From a virus (taxonomy: Duplodnaviria > Heunggongvirae > Uroviricota > Caudoviricetes), in IMG/VR virus record IMGVR_UViG_2563366980_000013: a DNA stretch of 34,548 nucleotides. One strand, written 5' to 3'. Positions 26,747 through 34,548 of this stretch are shown piece by piece. The notes under the pieces were generated by a model. That model saw only the letters and a list, made by a program, of their open reading frames with translations. It was not told the origin of the DNA and ran no database searches. The position numbers were made by a program, and so were the translations under genes. Positions within the stretch are counted from its first letter, which is position 1, and every line of letters begins with the position of its first letter.

Positions 26747-27055
26747 ATGAGTAAAGTAAATATCTCCAGTTCCGGGACCCGCATCCTACGTGTACTCAAA
26801 GCTCTACGCGGTCACTCTCTGAACGGTGTTTCTAACGGTGAACTGGCATCAGCCCTAGATGAGTCCCCGGCGAACATCAATCGAGCACTCAATACCCTTA
26901 TCGAAGAGGGACTAGCCCTGAAACTGGAAAACGGGCGTTTCGCACCAGGCATCCAGTTGCTGCAGATCGCCATGGCCCACAGTAACGAGATGGCACGTGC
27001 ACAGGATCGCATTAACGAAATCAACCAACGTGTTATTTCAGGTAGTCGTTTGTAA
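26747..27055 (+). CDS. Winged-helix DNA-binding protein (early regulator)
   Basis: 102 aa from the internal ATG; wHTH-like segment ILRVLKALRGHSLNGVSNGELASALDESPANINRALNTLIEEGL. Confidence 0.45.
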   Translation: MSKVNISSSGTRILRVLKALRGHSLNGVSNGELASALDESPANINRALNTLIEEGLALKLENGRFAPGIQLLQIAMAHSNEMARAQDRINEINQRVISGSRL

Positions 27056-27065
27056 GGAGTAATCA

Positions 27066-27977
27066 ATGGGACGCACCAAATCACCGGTTAGCACTGAACT
27101 GAATGTCGAGGTACCGCTGTCGGATGATCTCAATGTCAGTCTAAACGCCATGACACAGCATCGCATGGAAATCATGCAACAGTTCGGCGATGGTCTGCCC
27201 TATGAGCGCGATCGTGTTGTCCATGAGGCACGCTTTTATATGGCACAGAGCGCTGAGGCCATGCTGGAGGCAGGTAAGCGGCTGATAATCCTTAAGGAAA
27301 ATGAACCACACGGGGAGTTTATAAAGATTCTTGAAAGTGAGTTGGGGCTGGCATACCGGACATCTGTGAGAATGATGCAAGCATCGACAAAATACTTATC
27401 CCCGACGCTGAAACCAAATGTGCCAACGTTGGCACATTTGGGAAAAGCCAAACTTTTCGAATTAATGACAGAAGACGACGAAGAGCTTGCCGAACTGGCC
27501 GACGGCGGCACAGTTGCCGGCATGACGCTTGACGATGTTGATCGCATGTCAGTACGTGAATTGCGTCAGGCCCTGCGTGAAGCGCGCGAAACCAACGCAG
27601 CACAACAGCGTGTTCTCGCCGATAAAAATGAAAAAATAGACTCACTCTCCACCAGACTGGAGAAGAAATCCCGTATTCAGCCACCTGAGCCTGATGAAGA
27701 GGTGAAGAAACTGCGGGCGGAAGTGACCGCGTTAGCGGTTGAGGCGGAATCTGCCATCGCCGTTCGACTGTCCAGCGCTTTTGAGACACTGTGCGCATAT
27801 TGTACTGAAAACATGATTGATACCCCCAGAGACTTCATGGCAGGCCTGGTCTGTCAACTGGAAAGCACAGCGCGTAGCCTGCGCTCCACATTTGACCTGC
27901 CGGACGAGCCAACAGGCGATGTCGCGCCTTCATGGCTGACTGAGCCGACGCCACAGATTAACGGGCTGGAGGCATAA
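27066..27977 (+). CDS. Conserved early protein of unknown function
   Basis: 303-aa ORF with RBS, immediately upstream of the transposase. Confidence 0.5.
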   Translation: MGRTKSPVSTELNVEVPLSDDLNVSLNAMTQHRMEIMQQFGDGLPYERDRVVHEARFYMAQSAEAMLEAGKRLIILKENEPHGEFIKILESELGLAYRTSVRMMQASTKYLSPTLKPNVPTLAHLGKAKLFELMTEDDEELAELADGGTVAGMTLDDVDRMSVRELRQALREARETNAAQQRVLADKNEKIDSLSTRLEKKSRIQPPEPDEEVKKLRAEVTALAVEAESAIAVRLSSAFETLCAYCTENMIDTPRDFMAGLVCQLESTARSLRSTFDLPDEPTGDVAPSWLTEPTPQINGLEA

Positions 27978-27980
27978 CCA

Positions 27981-29750
27981 ATGAATGCTGCCCTGACTGA
28001 ACGACTGGTTTATGTCGCCCGCGCGGCACGTGACGCGGGGCATGGTAAACGCGGTGCAATATACGACGCTGCCTGTGCTGAACTTGGCATGTCCCGCGCC
28101 ACTCTGCTGCGCAGGCTGAAGGAGGTATCTGTGACTGATAAACGCAAAAAACGCGCCGATGCCGGGCGCAGCGCCCTGACCCGCGACGAAGCCGCGCTGA
28201 TATCTGCCACACTGCGTGAGGCCACCCGCAAGAACGGTAAGCGTCTCTATTCCATCGCAGATGCAGTGGAAACCCTGCGGGCTAACGGCTTTATCTCCGC
28301 AGGCAGAACAGATGAAACCACCGGTGAGTTTTTCCCGTTGTCCGAAGATGCCATCAGTCGTGCCTTGCGTAACTATGGCCTGCACCCAGAACAACTGGAT
28401 GCCCCTGCGCCGCATACCGAAGTGGCCAGTCTGCATCCCAATCACGTCTGGCAGATTGATGCCTCGCTCTGCACGCTTTACTACCTGAGCAATGGACACA
28501 AAGGGCTGCAGGTGATGGACAGCGCGAAGTTCTACAAGAACAAACCCGCTAACCTTGCCCGTATCGCCAGTGACCGCGTGTGGAGTTACGAGATTACCGA
28601 CCATGCCAGCGGCTGGATTTACGTTGAGTATGTGACGGGTGCGGAATCCGGTGAGAACCTGTGTTCTGTGCTTATCAACGCCATGCAGGAGCGTGGCGGC
28701 GCAGACGTGCTGCACGGCGTGCCGAAAATACTCTATCTCGACCCCGGCTCGGCAAACACCGCGGGTATGACGAAAAACATGTGCCGCTCACTGGGCATCG
28801 ACCTGATAGCGCACAAGCCGCATAACGCCCGCGCCACCGGACAGGTGGAAAAGGCGCGTGACATTATCGAACGCAAGCTGGAGCCGGGTCTGAAATTCCG
28901 GCCGGTTCACAGTCTGGAAGAACTCAACGCGCTGGCCGCGAAATGGCGTAGCCACTTTAACGCAACAGCTGTTCACAGCCGCCACGGTAAAACCCGCACG
29001 GATATCTGGCTGAAGATTACTGCTGAGCAGCTGAAAAAAGCGCCTTCCGTTGAGGTATGCCGTGAACTGGCTGTGGCGACACCAGAACTCCGCAAAGTCA
29101 CGCCAAAACTTCGTGTCTCGTTCCGGGGCACTGAATTTGACGTATCAACGGTACCGGGCGTACTGGTTGGTGAAAAACTGATGATTACCCGTAACCCATG
29201 GCGCAGCGATGTGGCACAGGTGGTTCTGACCGGTGAGGACGGCCACGAGACGTTCTTCCTGGTCGAAGAGGTCAGAAAGAACGAGTTTGGCTTTGCTGAA
29301 GGCGCGGCGGTATTTGGCGAAAGTTACAAAGCCCTGCCGGAAACACCGGCACAGACGGCGGCAAAAGAAACCGAAGCGCTGGTCACCGGTACAGACAACG
29401 CCGCAGATGCAGCTGCCGCACGCAAGGCGAAGGCGCTGCCGTTCGGCGGGCGGCTTGACCCGTATAAACATATTGATGACGCCACACTTCCGGCCTGTAT
29501 ACCGAAGCGCGGTCAGGTCTCTGATGTACGCAGACCGCGCACTGAACAACGTCCCATGACTCATGTGGAGGCCGCGAAAGCCCTGCGCGATAAGTTCAGC
29601 GCCGACGGCCTTACCTGGACGCCGGAACATTACCGCCAGTTAACGGCACAGTACCCGGACGGCGTACCGGAAGCCGCACTGGATGAAGTAATGGCCACGC
29701 TGACCACGCCGGCCCGCAGCAGCGTTATCAGCATTGTTAACGGCAACTGA
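27981..29750 (+). CDS. DDE transposase (retroviral-integrase-type catalytic core; Mu A functional analogue)
   Basis: 589 aa; candidate catalytic residues in HVWQIDAS, LYLDPGSANT and HKPHNARATGQVEKA; followed by an AAA+ partner gene. Confidence 0.8.
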   Translation: MNAALTERLVYVARAARDAGHGKRGAIYDAACAELGMSRATLLRRLKEVSVTDKRKKRADAGRSALTRDEAALISATLREATRKNGKRLYSIADAVETLRANGFISAGRTDETTGEFFPLSEDAISRALRNYGLHPEQLDAPAPHTEVASLHPNHVWQIDASLCTLYYLSNGHKGLQVMDSAKFYKNKPANLARIASDRVWSYEITDHASGWIYVEYVTGAESGENLCSVLINAMQERGGADVLHGVPKILYLDPGSANTAGMTKNMCRSLGIDLIAHKPHNARATGQVEKARDIIERKLEPGLKFRPVHSLEELNALAAKWRSHFNATAVHSRHGKTRTDIWLKITAEQLKKAPSVEVCRELAVATPELRKVTPKLRVSFRGTEFDVSTVPGVLVGEKLMITRNPWRSDVAQVVLTGEDGHETFFLVEEVRKNEFGFAEGAAVFGESYKALPETPAQTAAKETEALVTGTDNAADAAAARKAKALPFGGRLDPYKHIDDATLPACIPKRGQVSDVRRPRTEQRPMTHVEAAKALRDKFSADGLTWTPEHYRQLTAQYPDGVPEAALDEVMATLTTPARSSVISIVNGN

Positions 29751-29760
29751 GGAGGGAAAC

Positions 29761-30927
29761 ATGCTGGTACTGAAGCAGCAACTGAAAGAGGCCCGTATTC
29801 CACAGGCGGTGGTGGCGAGAGCTGTCGATGTTTCTGAGGCCACGCTGGCCCAGATTGTGAATCATAACGCGTGGCCCCGCACCAGCCCCGGAGAAGTGCG
29901 CCGGCGTCTTGCGTCCTGGCTGGAAAGTCAGGGGATTGATACAGCGAAGAGTTTTGATGCTGTACAGGGCGCGGCCACGCCCCGTACAGCGGGTACCACA
30001 GATAAAACGAGCCTCAGTGAGGAAGAGAATATGTTACTCAAAAAACAGGTGTTATTCCCGGCAACCAAAAAAGCGTTTGGTCTTTTCCGTGACCCGTTCG
30101 CCGACGAAGCCATGCAGGGTTCTGATGATGTGTTCACCACCCCGGACATTCGCTACGTGCGTGAGGCGTTGTACCAGACAGCCCGTCATGGTGGGTTTAT
30201 GGCCGTCATCGGTGAGTCCGGTGCGGGTAAATCCACGCTGCGCCGCGACCTGACTGAACGTATCAACCGCGAGAATGCGCCGGTAATTGTTATCGAGCCA
30301 TACATCATCGCTATGGAAGACAACGATGTGAAAGGGAAAACCCTGAAGGCAGCAGCTATTGCCGAAGCCATTATCAGTACCATCGCACCACTGGAAAGCA
30401 TCAGACGCAGTCAGGACGCCCGCTTTCGCCAGTTGCATCGCGTCCTGAAAGACAGCAGCCAGGCGGGGTTCAGCCACGTTCTGGTGATTGAGGAGGCCCA
30501 CAGTCTGCCCATTCCGACACTGAAACACCTCAAACGCTTTTTTGAGCTGGAGTCCGGTTTCAAAAAACTGCTGTCCATCGTGCTGATTGGCCAGCCGGAA
30601 CTGGCGACAAAACTGTCTGAACGCAATATGGAAGTCCGTGAAGTCGTTCAGCGCTGTGAGGTGGTCGAACTTCTGCCTCTGGACAATAACCTTGAAGAGT
30701 TTCTGACGTTCAAACTGCAACGGGCAGGTAAACAACTGACGGACATTATGGACGCCAGTGCAGTGGATGCCATACGTGCCCGCCTGAGCAATCCGGGAAG
30801 TCATCGTAAAAATATGGTCAGCCTGTTGTATCCGCTGGCCGTCAGTAACCTGGTGATAGCCGCCATGAATCTGGCCGCTGAAATCGGGGTTCCACAGGTC
30901 AACGCTGACGTTGTCAAAGGGGTTTAA
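29761..30927 (+). CDS. AAA+ ATPase, transposition helper (Mu B / TniB / ExeA-like)
   Basis: Walker A GESGAGKST and Walker B-like HVLVIEEAH; start at ATG after GAGGAGG, overlapping the transposase 3' end. Confidence 0.75.
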   Translation: MLVLKQQLKEARIPQAVVARAVDVSEATLAQIVNHNAWPRTSPGEVRRRLASWLESQGIDTAKSFDAVQGAATPRTAGTTDKTSLSEEENMLLKKQVLFPATKKAFGLFRDPFADEAMQGSDDVFTTPDIRYVREALYQTARHGGFMAVIGESGAGKSTLRRDLTERINRENAPVIVIEPYIIAMEDNDVKGKTLKAAAIAEAIISTIAPLESIRRSQDARFRQLHRVLKDSSQAGFSHVLVIEEAHSLPIPTLKHLKRFFELESGFKKLLSIVLIGQPELATKLSERNMEVREVVQRCEVVELLPLDNNLEEFLTFKLQRAGKQLTDIMDASAVDAIRARLSNPGSHRKNMVSLLYPLAVSNLVIAAMNLAAEIGVPQVNADVVKGV

Positions 30928-30929
30928 TA

Positions 30930-31199
30930 ATGAAATCCACCACAGGTATCAACCAGCAAATCAGCAAAGTGCAGTCAGCCATTATGGCGCTTAAGGCGAC
31001 GAACACGGATGTACAAAGCACCACCATCAGGGGTAACAAACCTGTCATCCGCGTTTCCCGGAGTGCGCATTGCATGCGCATGCTTGAGCAGGGAAAGGCC
31101 TGTTATCTGTATACCGGACATGACCACAGGGGATATTTCCGTCAGGGCGTTTTCGAACTGCACGGCTGTCGCGTCGTGTGGCCGGAATCTTTGTGGTAA
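30930..31199 (+). CDS. Hypothetical early protein
   Basis: 89-aa ORF tightly packed after the ATPase gene. Confidence 0.4.
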   Translation: MKSTTGINQQISKVQSAIMALKATNTDVQSTTIRGNKPVIRVSRSAHCMRMLEQGKACYLYTGHDHRGYFRQGVFELHGCRVVWPESLW

Positions 31200-31226
31200 T
31201 CAGCACAACTGGAGAAATCATAAGAT

Positions 31227-31757
31227 ATGGCAAAAAGTACAAAAGGGGCAAAACGTATCAAGTCCGCAGCGGCACTCTGGGTACCGGGGACACGCGAAGA
31301 GGTCATTGAGGGAATCAGACTGCTCGGTGACGCACAACGTGAACTGGTCAGGGCTGAAACAGAAATGAATGACGCCATTGGCGATATCACCGCACGTTAT
31401 GCCCCGCTCACCGAGAGCCTAAAAAAACGCATGGCCGAACTGCAGTCCGGTATTCAGACATGGTGTGAGGCACACCGTGATGAACTGACCGGCAACGGGA
31501 AGGTGAAGTTCGCTAACCTCACCACCGGCGAGGTGCAGTGGCGAAACCGTCCGCCATCAGTCAGTATCCGTGGAGCGGATAATGTTATTGAACTACTGAG
31601 ACGTCTGGGGCTTGAGCGCTTTATTCGTGTAAAAGAGGAAATAAATAAAGATGCCATTCTGAATGAAAAAGAGGCCGTAAAAAATATTCCCGGTATTACC
31701 ATAAGAAGTGATATTGAGGATTTTTCAATAATTCCTTTTGAGCAGGATGTGCAGTAA
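31227..31757 (+). CDS. gam: Host-nuclease inhibitor protein Gam (Mu Gam family)
   Basis: 176 aa; N-terminal MAKSTKGAKRIKSAAALWVPGTREEV.. and coiled-coil region typical of Mu Gam. Confidence 0.7.
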   Translation: MAKSTKGAKRIKSAAALWVPGTREEVIEGIRLLGDAQRELVRAETEMNDAIGDITARYAPLTESLKKRMAELQSGIQTWCEAHRDELTGNGKVKFANLTTGEVQWRNRPPSVSIRGADNVIELLRRLGLERFIRVKEEINKDAILNEKEAVKNIPGITIRSDIEDFSIIPFEQDVQ

Positions 31758-31854
31758 ACACACCACGTTAATTATTTAATAAAAACATTTTCTTTTTTAT
31801 TCCGGCGTCAGCGCCGTGGGCTTCTGCACGCCGGAAACAGAGGAGAATTAAATT

Positions 31855-32049
31855 ATGATATTTAAATGTATTCAGTGCGAGAGGGATATAACAGCCCTGC
31901 GTTTTCACAGCGCCATCGCCGTGATGTCCGGTAAGTACCACGTACCTGCAGTACGTGTCACCCTGGTCTGTCCGTACTGCAGCCAGCATTTTTCGGCGGA
32001 CGTGCCCGTCATGGAATTCTTCCGCCCTGACAGGGAGGACGCGCAATGA
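31855..32049 (+). CDS. Small zinc-ribbon protein
   Basis: 64 aa with paired CxxC motifs (CIQC .. CPYC); RBS GAGGAG upstream. Confidence 0.45.
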   Translation: MIFKCIQCERDITALRFHSAIAVMSGKYHVPAVRVTLVCPYCSQHFSADVPVMEFFRPDREDAQ

Positions 32050-32318
32050 TTACCCCACAGGACGCAGAAAAACGGACCCGCGAAATTGTCGCGGAATATA
32101 TCCGTGAATGTGGTTGTAAAACCCCCAACCATATCCGGCTGGTATTAACCAAATTAATCAGCATGGCCGCGCAGGCTATTGTGGCGACCAACGGAAAGGA
32201 GGCTGCCCTGCAGGTACTGGTGAACACACTCACCCACACGGCAGAGCATGAGGTGCCGTACCGGATGGAAACTACTGCAGAAGGCGGCCTGCACATCACC
32301 GTCGACCGGAAGCACTGA
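32046..32318 (+). CDS. Hypothetical early protein
   Basis: 90-aa ORF, start overlapping the previous stop. Confidence 0.4.
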   Translation: MITPQDAEKRTREIVAEYIRECGCKTPNHIRLVLTKLISMAAQAIVATNGKEAALQVLVNTLTHTAEHEVPYRMETTAEGGLHITVDRKH

Positions 32319-32327
32319 GGGCGCGAC

Positions 32328-32633
32328 ATGACACGAAACACCGAACTCACCCGCACCGCCCTCTACCGTCTGGCTCTGCAGCGTTTCGGGCCGGATGCAC
32401 AGGCCCTGAAACTGACAGAAGAGGCCGCCGAACTGGCGGCCAGTGCCGCCCGCAACCTGAACGGACAGGGCAGCGAAAGTGACCTCGCGGCAGAGCTGGC
32501 AGACGTGGAAATCATGACAGAGCAGTTGCGCCTTCAGGGGATGGACCGGCTGATTGACTTCCACAAACAGAAAAAACTGGAACGCCTTGCCGCACGGCTG
32601 GGCGTCATGTACACCGGAGATACTGAACAATGA
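32328..32633 (+). CDS. MazG-like nucleotide pyrophosphohydrolase domain protein
   Basis: 101 aa; helical pattern with conserved acidic positions (LTEEAAELAASA .. AAELADVEIMTEQL) resembling the MazG/NTP-PPase fold. Confidence 0.45.
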   Translation: MTRNTELTRTALYRLALQRFGPDAQALKLTEEAAELAASAARNLNGQGSESDLAAELADVEIMTEQLRLQGMDRLIDFHKQKKLERLAARLGVMYTGDTEQ

Positions 32634-33313
32634 CAGACCAGGATAAACACATTGAGAAACTGAAAAAGTTGCTGGCGCTGGCCGCATCCGGCAACCCTCA
32701 CGAGGCCGCTCTGGCACTGCGCCGTGCCCGTAAACTGATGGATGTTCACGGCATCACACATTCCGACATCGCCATGAGTGATATTGATGAAACCATCAGT
32801 CACTACTGGCCGACAGGCAGCCTCCGTCCACCGCGCTACATGCTGGGCCTGATGAACATCATCCGCGAGGCATTTGGTGTTAACTCCATCATTCACCCCG
32901 GCACATATCCGGGTGTGGGGTTCTACGGCAACCGGGAACGGGCTGCACTGGCTGTGTACACCTGGGAAGTGCTGGCCCGCCAGCTGAAAAAGGCGCGTCA
33001 GCAATATATCAGCGCACAGAACAAAAGAATAAAAACTGCCACCCGTACCAGCCGTGGTGACCAGTTTGCTGAAGGCTGGGTGCTGGCCGTTATCAGTGAA
33101 ATACAGTCCTTCGCCCTGACCGATGACGAACGTGAACTGATGCAGCAGTGGCTGGAACATAAATACCCGCAAACGCAAACCACCAGGGCGCGTAAACCGG
33201 GAAGAAGCCGCAATGGCGACGCCTCGCGCTATGCGGGGTTTCGTGAAGGGCAGAACGTCAGACTGCACCGCCCGGTCAGTGGGCAGGAACAACAGAAACT
33301 GGAGGCCAGATGA
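32630..33313 (+). CDS. Conserved Mu-like early protein (N-terminus resembles the DUF2786 family)
   Basis: 227 aa; N-terminal IEKLKKLLALAASGNPHEAALALRRARKLM motif. Confidence 0.5.
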   Translation: MTDQDKHIEKLKKLLALAASGNPHEAALALRRARKLMDVHGITHSDIAMSDIDETISHYWPTGSLRPPRYMLGLMNIIREAFGVNSIIHPGTYPGVGFYGNRERAALAVYTWEVLARQLKKARQQYISAQNKRIKTATRTSRGDQFAEGWVLAVISEIQSFALTDDERELMQQWLEHKYPQTQTTRARKPGRSRNGDASRYAGFREGQNVRLHRPVSGQEQQKLEAR

Positions 33314-33537
33314 TTACGCTATCAGGTAACAGCCGGAAATTAAAAGCCTGCCGAATATCTGCCAGATACCTTTTTGCCCGCGCCTTTTTTAAGAACGTCA
33401 GGCCGGGGATCACAATTGGTGTTATTGCCGGACGCGAACAGGTTGAAAAATACATGTCAGGTGCATGGTGGAATAACGACCCTGTCATTGCTGCCCGTAA
33501 TATTCATATCAGTTGGGGGGATATTCAGAATGACTGA
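33310..33537 (+). CDS. Hypothetical protein
   Basis: 75-aa ORF, start overlapping the previous stop. Confidence 0.3.
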   Translation: MITLSGNSRKLKACRISARYLFARAFFKNVRPGITIGVIAGREQVEKYMSGAWWNNDPVIAARNIHISWGDIQND

Positions 33538-33745
33538 TGAATCTGTTGTATGTGCCATGTTCTGGTATTGTTTTGTCGGTTGGTGTACTGCTGAACTGCA
33601 CCGCCGTTCAGGGTTTTATTCACGTTACAGTGGTGCCGGCTACTGGATTAGCTGGTCGGTGATGTTCCTGTGCTGGCCTGTGGCGCTTCCTTTATATGTC
33701 GATTATATCGGTGGCGCAGGTAAAAGGAGCAACGATGATGATTAA
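33530..33745 (+). CDS. Small hydrophobic membrane protein
   Basis: 71 aa from ATG; two Trp/Cys-rich hydrophobic segments. Confidence 0.35.
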   Translation: MTDESVVCAMFWYCFVGWCTAELHRRSGFYSRYSGAGYWISWSVMFLCWPVALPLYVDYIGGAGKRSNDDD

Positions 33746-34187
33746 ACAACGTCTTATCCAGCTCATTCATATTGCCCGTAATGAACTGGGTATGGATGAA
33801 GACACCTACCGCCAGATGTTACAGGGGCTGACCGGTAAAGCCTCAACCAAAGGAATGGATACCACACAACTAAACTGCGTGCTGGAATCCATGAAAAGGA
33901 AAGGCTTTCGCGTTAAGCCTGCCGGAAAAGCCAGCTCCGGTTTACCGCTGGATAACCATCCGCAGTCCAGGAAAATCCGTGCGCTATGGATTGAAATGGC
34001 TGCTGCCGGCATTGTTCGTGACCGTTCAGAAAATGCATTAGCGCGGTGGATCAAGCGGGAAACGGGCATCAGCGCCCTGCGCTGGCTCAATACTGAACAG
34101 GCAAGCAGTGTTATTGAGAAACTGAAGAAGTGGCAGCGCAGAGCTGCGGGAGTAAAACATGAGCGACCTGAATCAGTTTCGAAGTAA
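33735..34187 (+). CDS. gemA: GemA-like regulatory protein (Mu gp16 family)
   Basis: 150 aa from ATG after AAAGGAG; N-terminus MMIKQRLIQLIHIARNELGMDEDTYRQML..; located immediately upstream of mor, as in Mu. Confidence 0.6.
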   Translation: MMIKQRLIQLIHIARNELGMDEDTYRQMLQGLTGKASTKGMDTTQLNCVLESMKRKGFRVKPAGKASSGLPLDNHPQSRKIRALWIEMAAAGIVRDRSENALARWIKRETGISALRWLNTEQASSVIEKLKKWQRRAAGVKHERPESVSK

Positions 34188-34548
34188 AGGGCCGGAACTC
34201 CTGGTGGAACTGGCACAGCATACCTCTGAGACCGTTCGCGAGATTATTGATATTGAGCCCGCAATTGCCGACCAGATTGGTCAGGCTGTCGCGAACCGAA
34301 TGATGCAGGTCTGGGGCGGGCAAAACGTTTATTTCCCAATGGGCATGGTATGGAAGGTCAGTCAGCGCGACCGGGAAATCTTCAGGGAGTTTAACGGACG
34401 CAACCACCACGAACTGGCCCGCAAATTTGGTGTTTCGCTTCAGTGGGTCTACAGCGTGGTTAAGCGGGTAAGAAAAGAAGAACTGGATCGGATGCAGGGC
34501 AAGCTATTTGCTGATGAACCCGATGCAGATACGGAGAAAAAAGAGTAA
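34159..34548 (+). CDS. mor: Middle-operon transcriptional activator Mor (Mor/C family)
   Basis: 129 aa; C-terminal HTH region FNGRNHHELARKFGVSLQWVYSVVKRVRKEE; stop codon at the window end. Confidence 0.7.
   Translation: MSDLNQFRSKGPELLVELAQHTSETVREIIDIEPAIADQIGQAVANRMMQVWGGQNVYFPMGMVWKVSQRDREIFREFNGRNHHELARKFGVSLQWVYSVVKRVRKEELDRMQGKLFADEPDADTEKKE

Larger units (their letters stand above)
1..34548. mobile_element. Transposable (Mu-family, BcepMu-like organisation) prophage, partial; both phage ends lie outside the window
   Basis: Complete Mu/P2-type myovirus morphogenesis and lysis gene set on the minus strand, plus an early operon with DDE transposase, AAA+ transposition ATPase, Gam, GemA and Mor on the plus strand, diverging from a central repressor region. 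Confidence 0.8.

Noticed and set aside
27930-28715. 261-aa - strand ORF antisense to the transposase gene (also 30052..30804 antisense to the ATPase, and 32534..33292 antisense to the DUF2786-like gene)
   Set aside because: The + strand ORFs carry recognisable catalytic, Walker or family motifs and form a contiguous operon; the antisense frames have none.
27981-30927. Possibility that the transposase/ATPase pair is an independent IS or Tn7/Tn552-like transposon inserted in the prophage
   Set aside because: The pair is embedded in a contiguous early operon with ner-like, gam, gemA and mor genes, and no terminal inverted repeats flank it in the window; best explained as the phage's own replicative transposition machinery.
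1-34548. CRISPR arrays, tRNA or rRNA genes
   Set aside because: No regularly spaced short direct repeats and no cloverleaf-like or rRNA-like segments were apparent; the only tandem repeats are the 979-bp duplication and the intragenic tape measure repeat.

Overview
The window is almost entirely a transposable (Mu-family) myovirus prophage, read here with its late genes on the minus strand and its early genes on the plus strand. From 23061 down to 1 runs a continuous minus-strand late operon: holin, SLT-type endolysin, nested spanins, small and large terminase, portal, Mu F/G/I/T-like head genes, head-tail joining proteins, sheath, tube, tail chaperone with a frameshift extension, tape measure, gpU/X/D-like proteins, baseplate V/W/J/I-like proteins and the 5' end of a tail-fibre gene that runs off the window start. 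From 26506 to 34548 runs the plus-strand early operon: Ner-like regulator, a second wHTH regulator, a DDE transposase with an AAA+ partner, Gam, a MazG-like protein, GemA and Mor. Between the two blocks (23062-26455) lies a lower-GC accessory island. It holds a repressor co-transcribed with two unknown genes (a single-pass membrane protein and a soluble protein) and a convergent overlapping gene pair; this is the best candidate for an undescribed system, probably lysogeny-expressed exclusion or defence. Other notable points are a perfect 979-bp tandem duplication in the tail-fibre region, a 261-bp in-frame tandem repeat in the tape measure gene, and a +1/-2 frame overlap in the tail chaperone gene. 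No rRNA, tRNA or CRISPR array was seen. All family assignments are from reading the translated ORFs by eye; no database search was run. CDS coordinates follow the supplied ORF track, with starts adjusted only where an internal start codon was evident; hand-counted coordinates of small motifs may be off by 1-2 nt.
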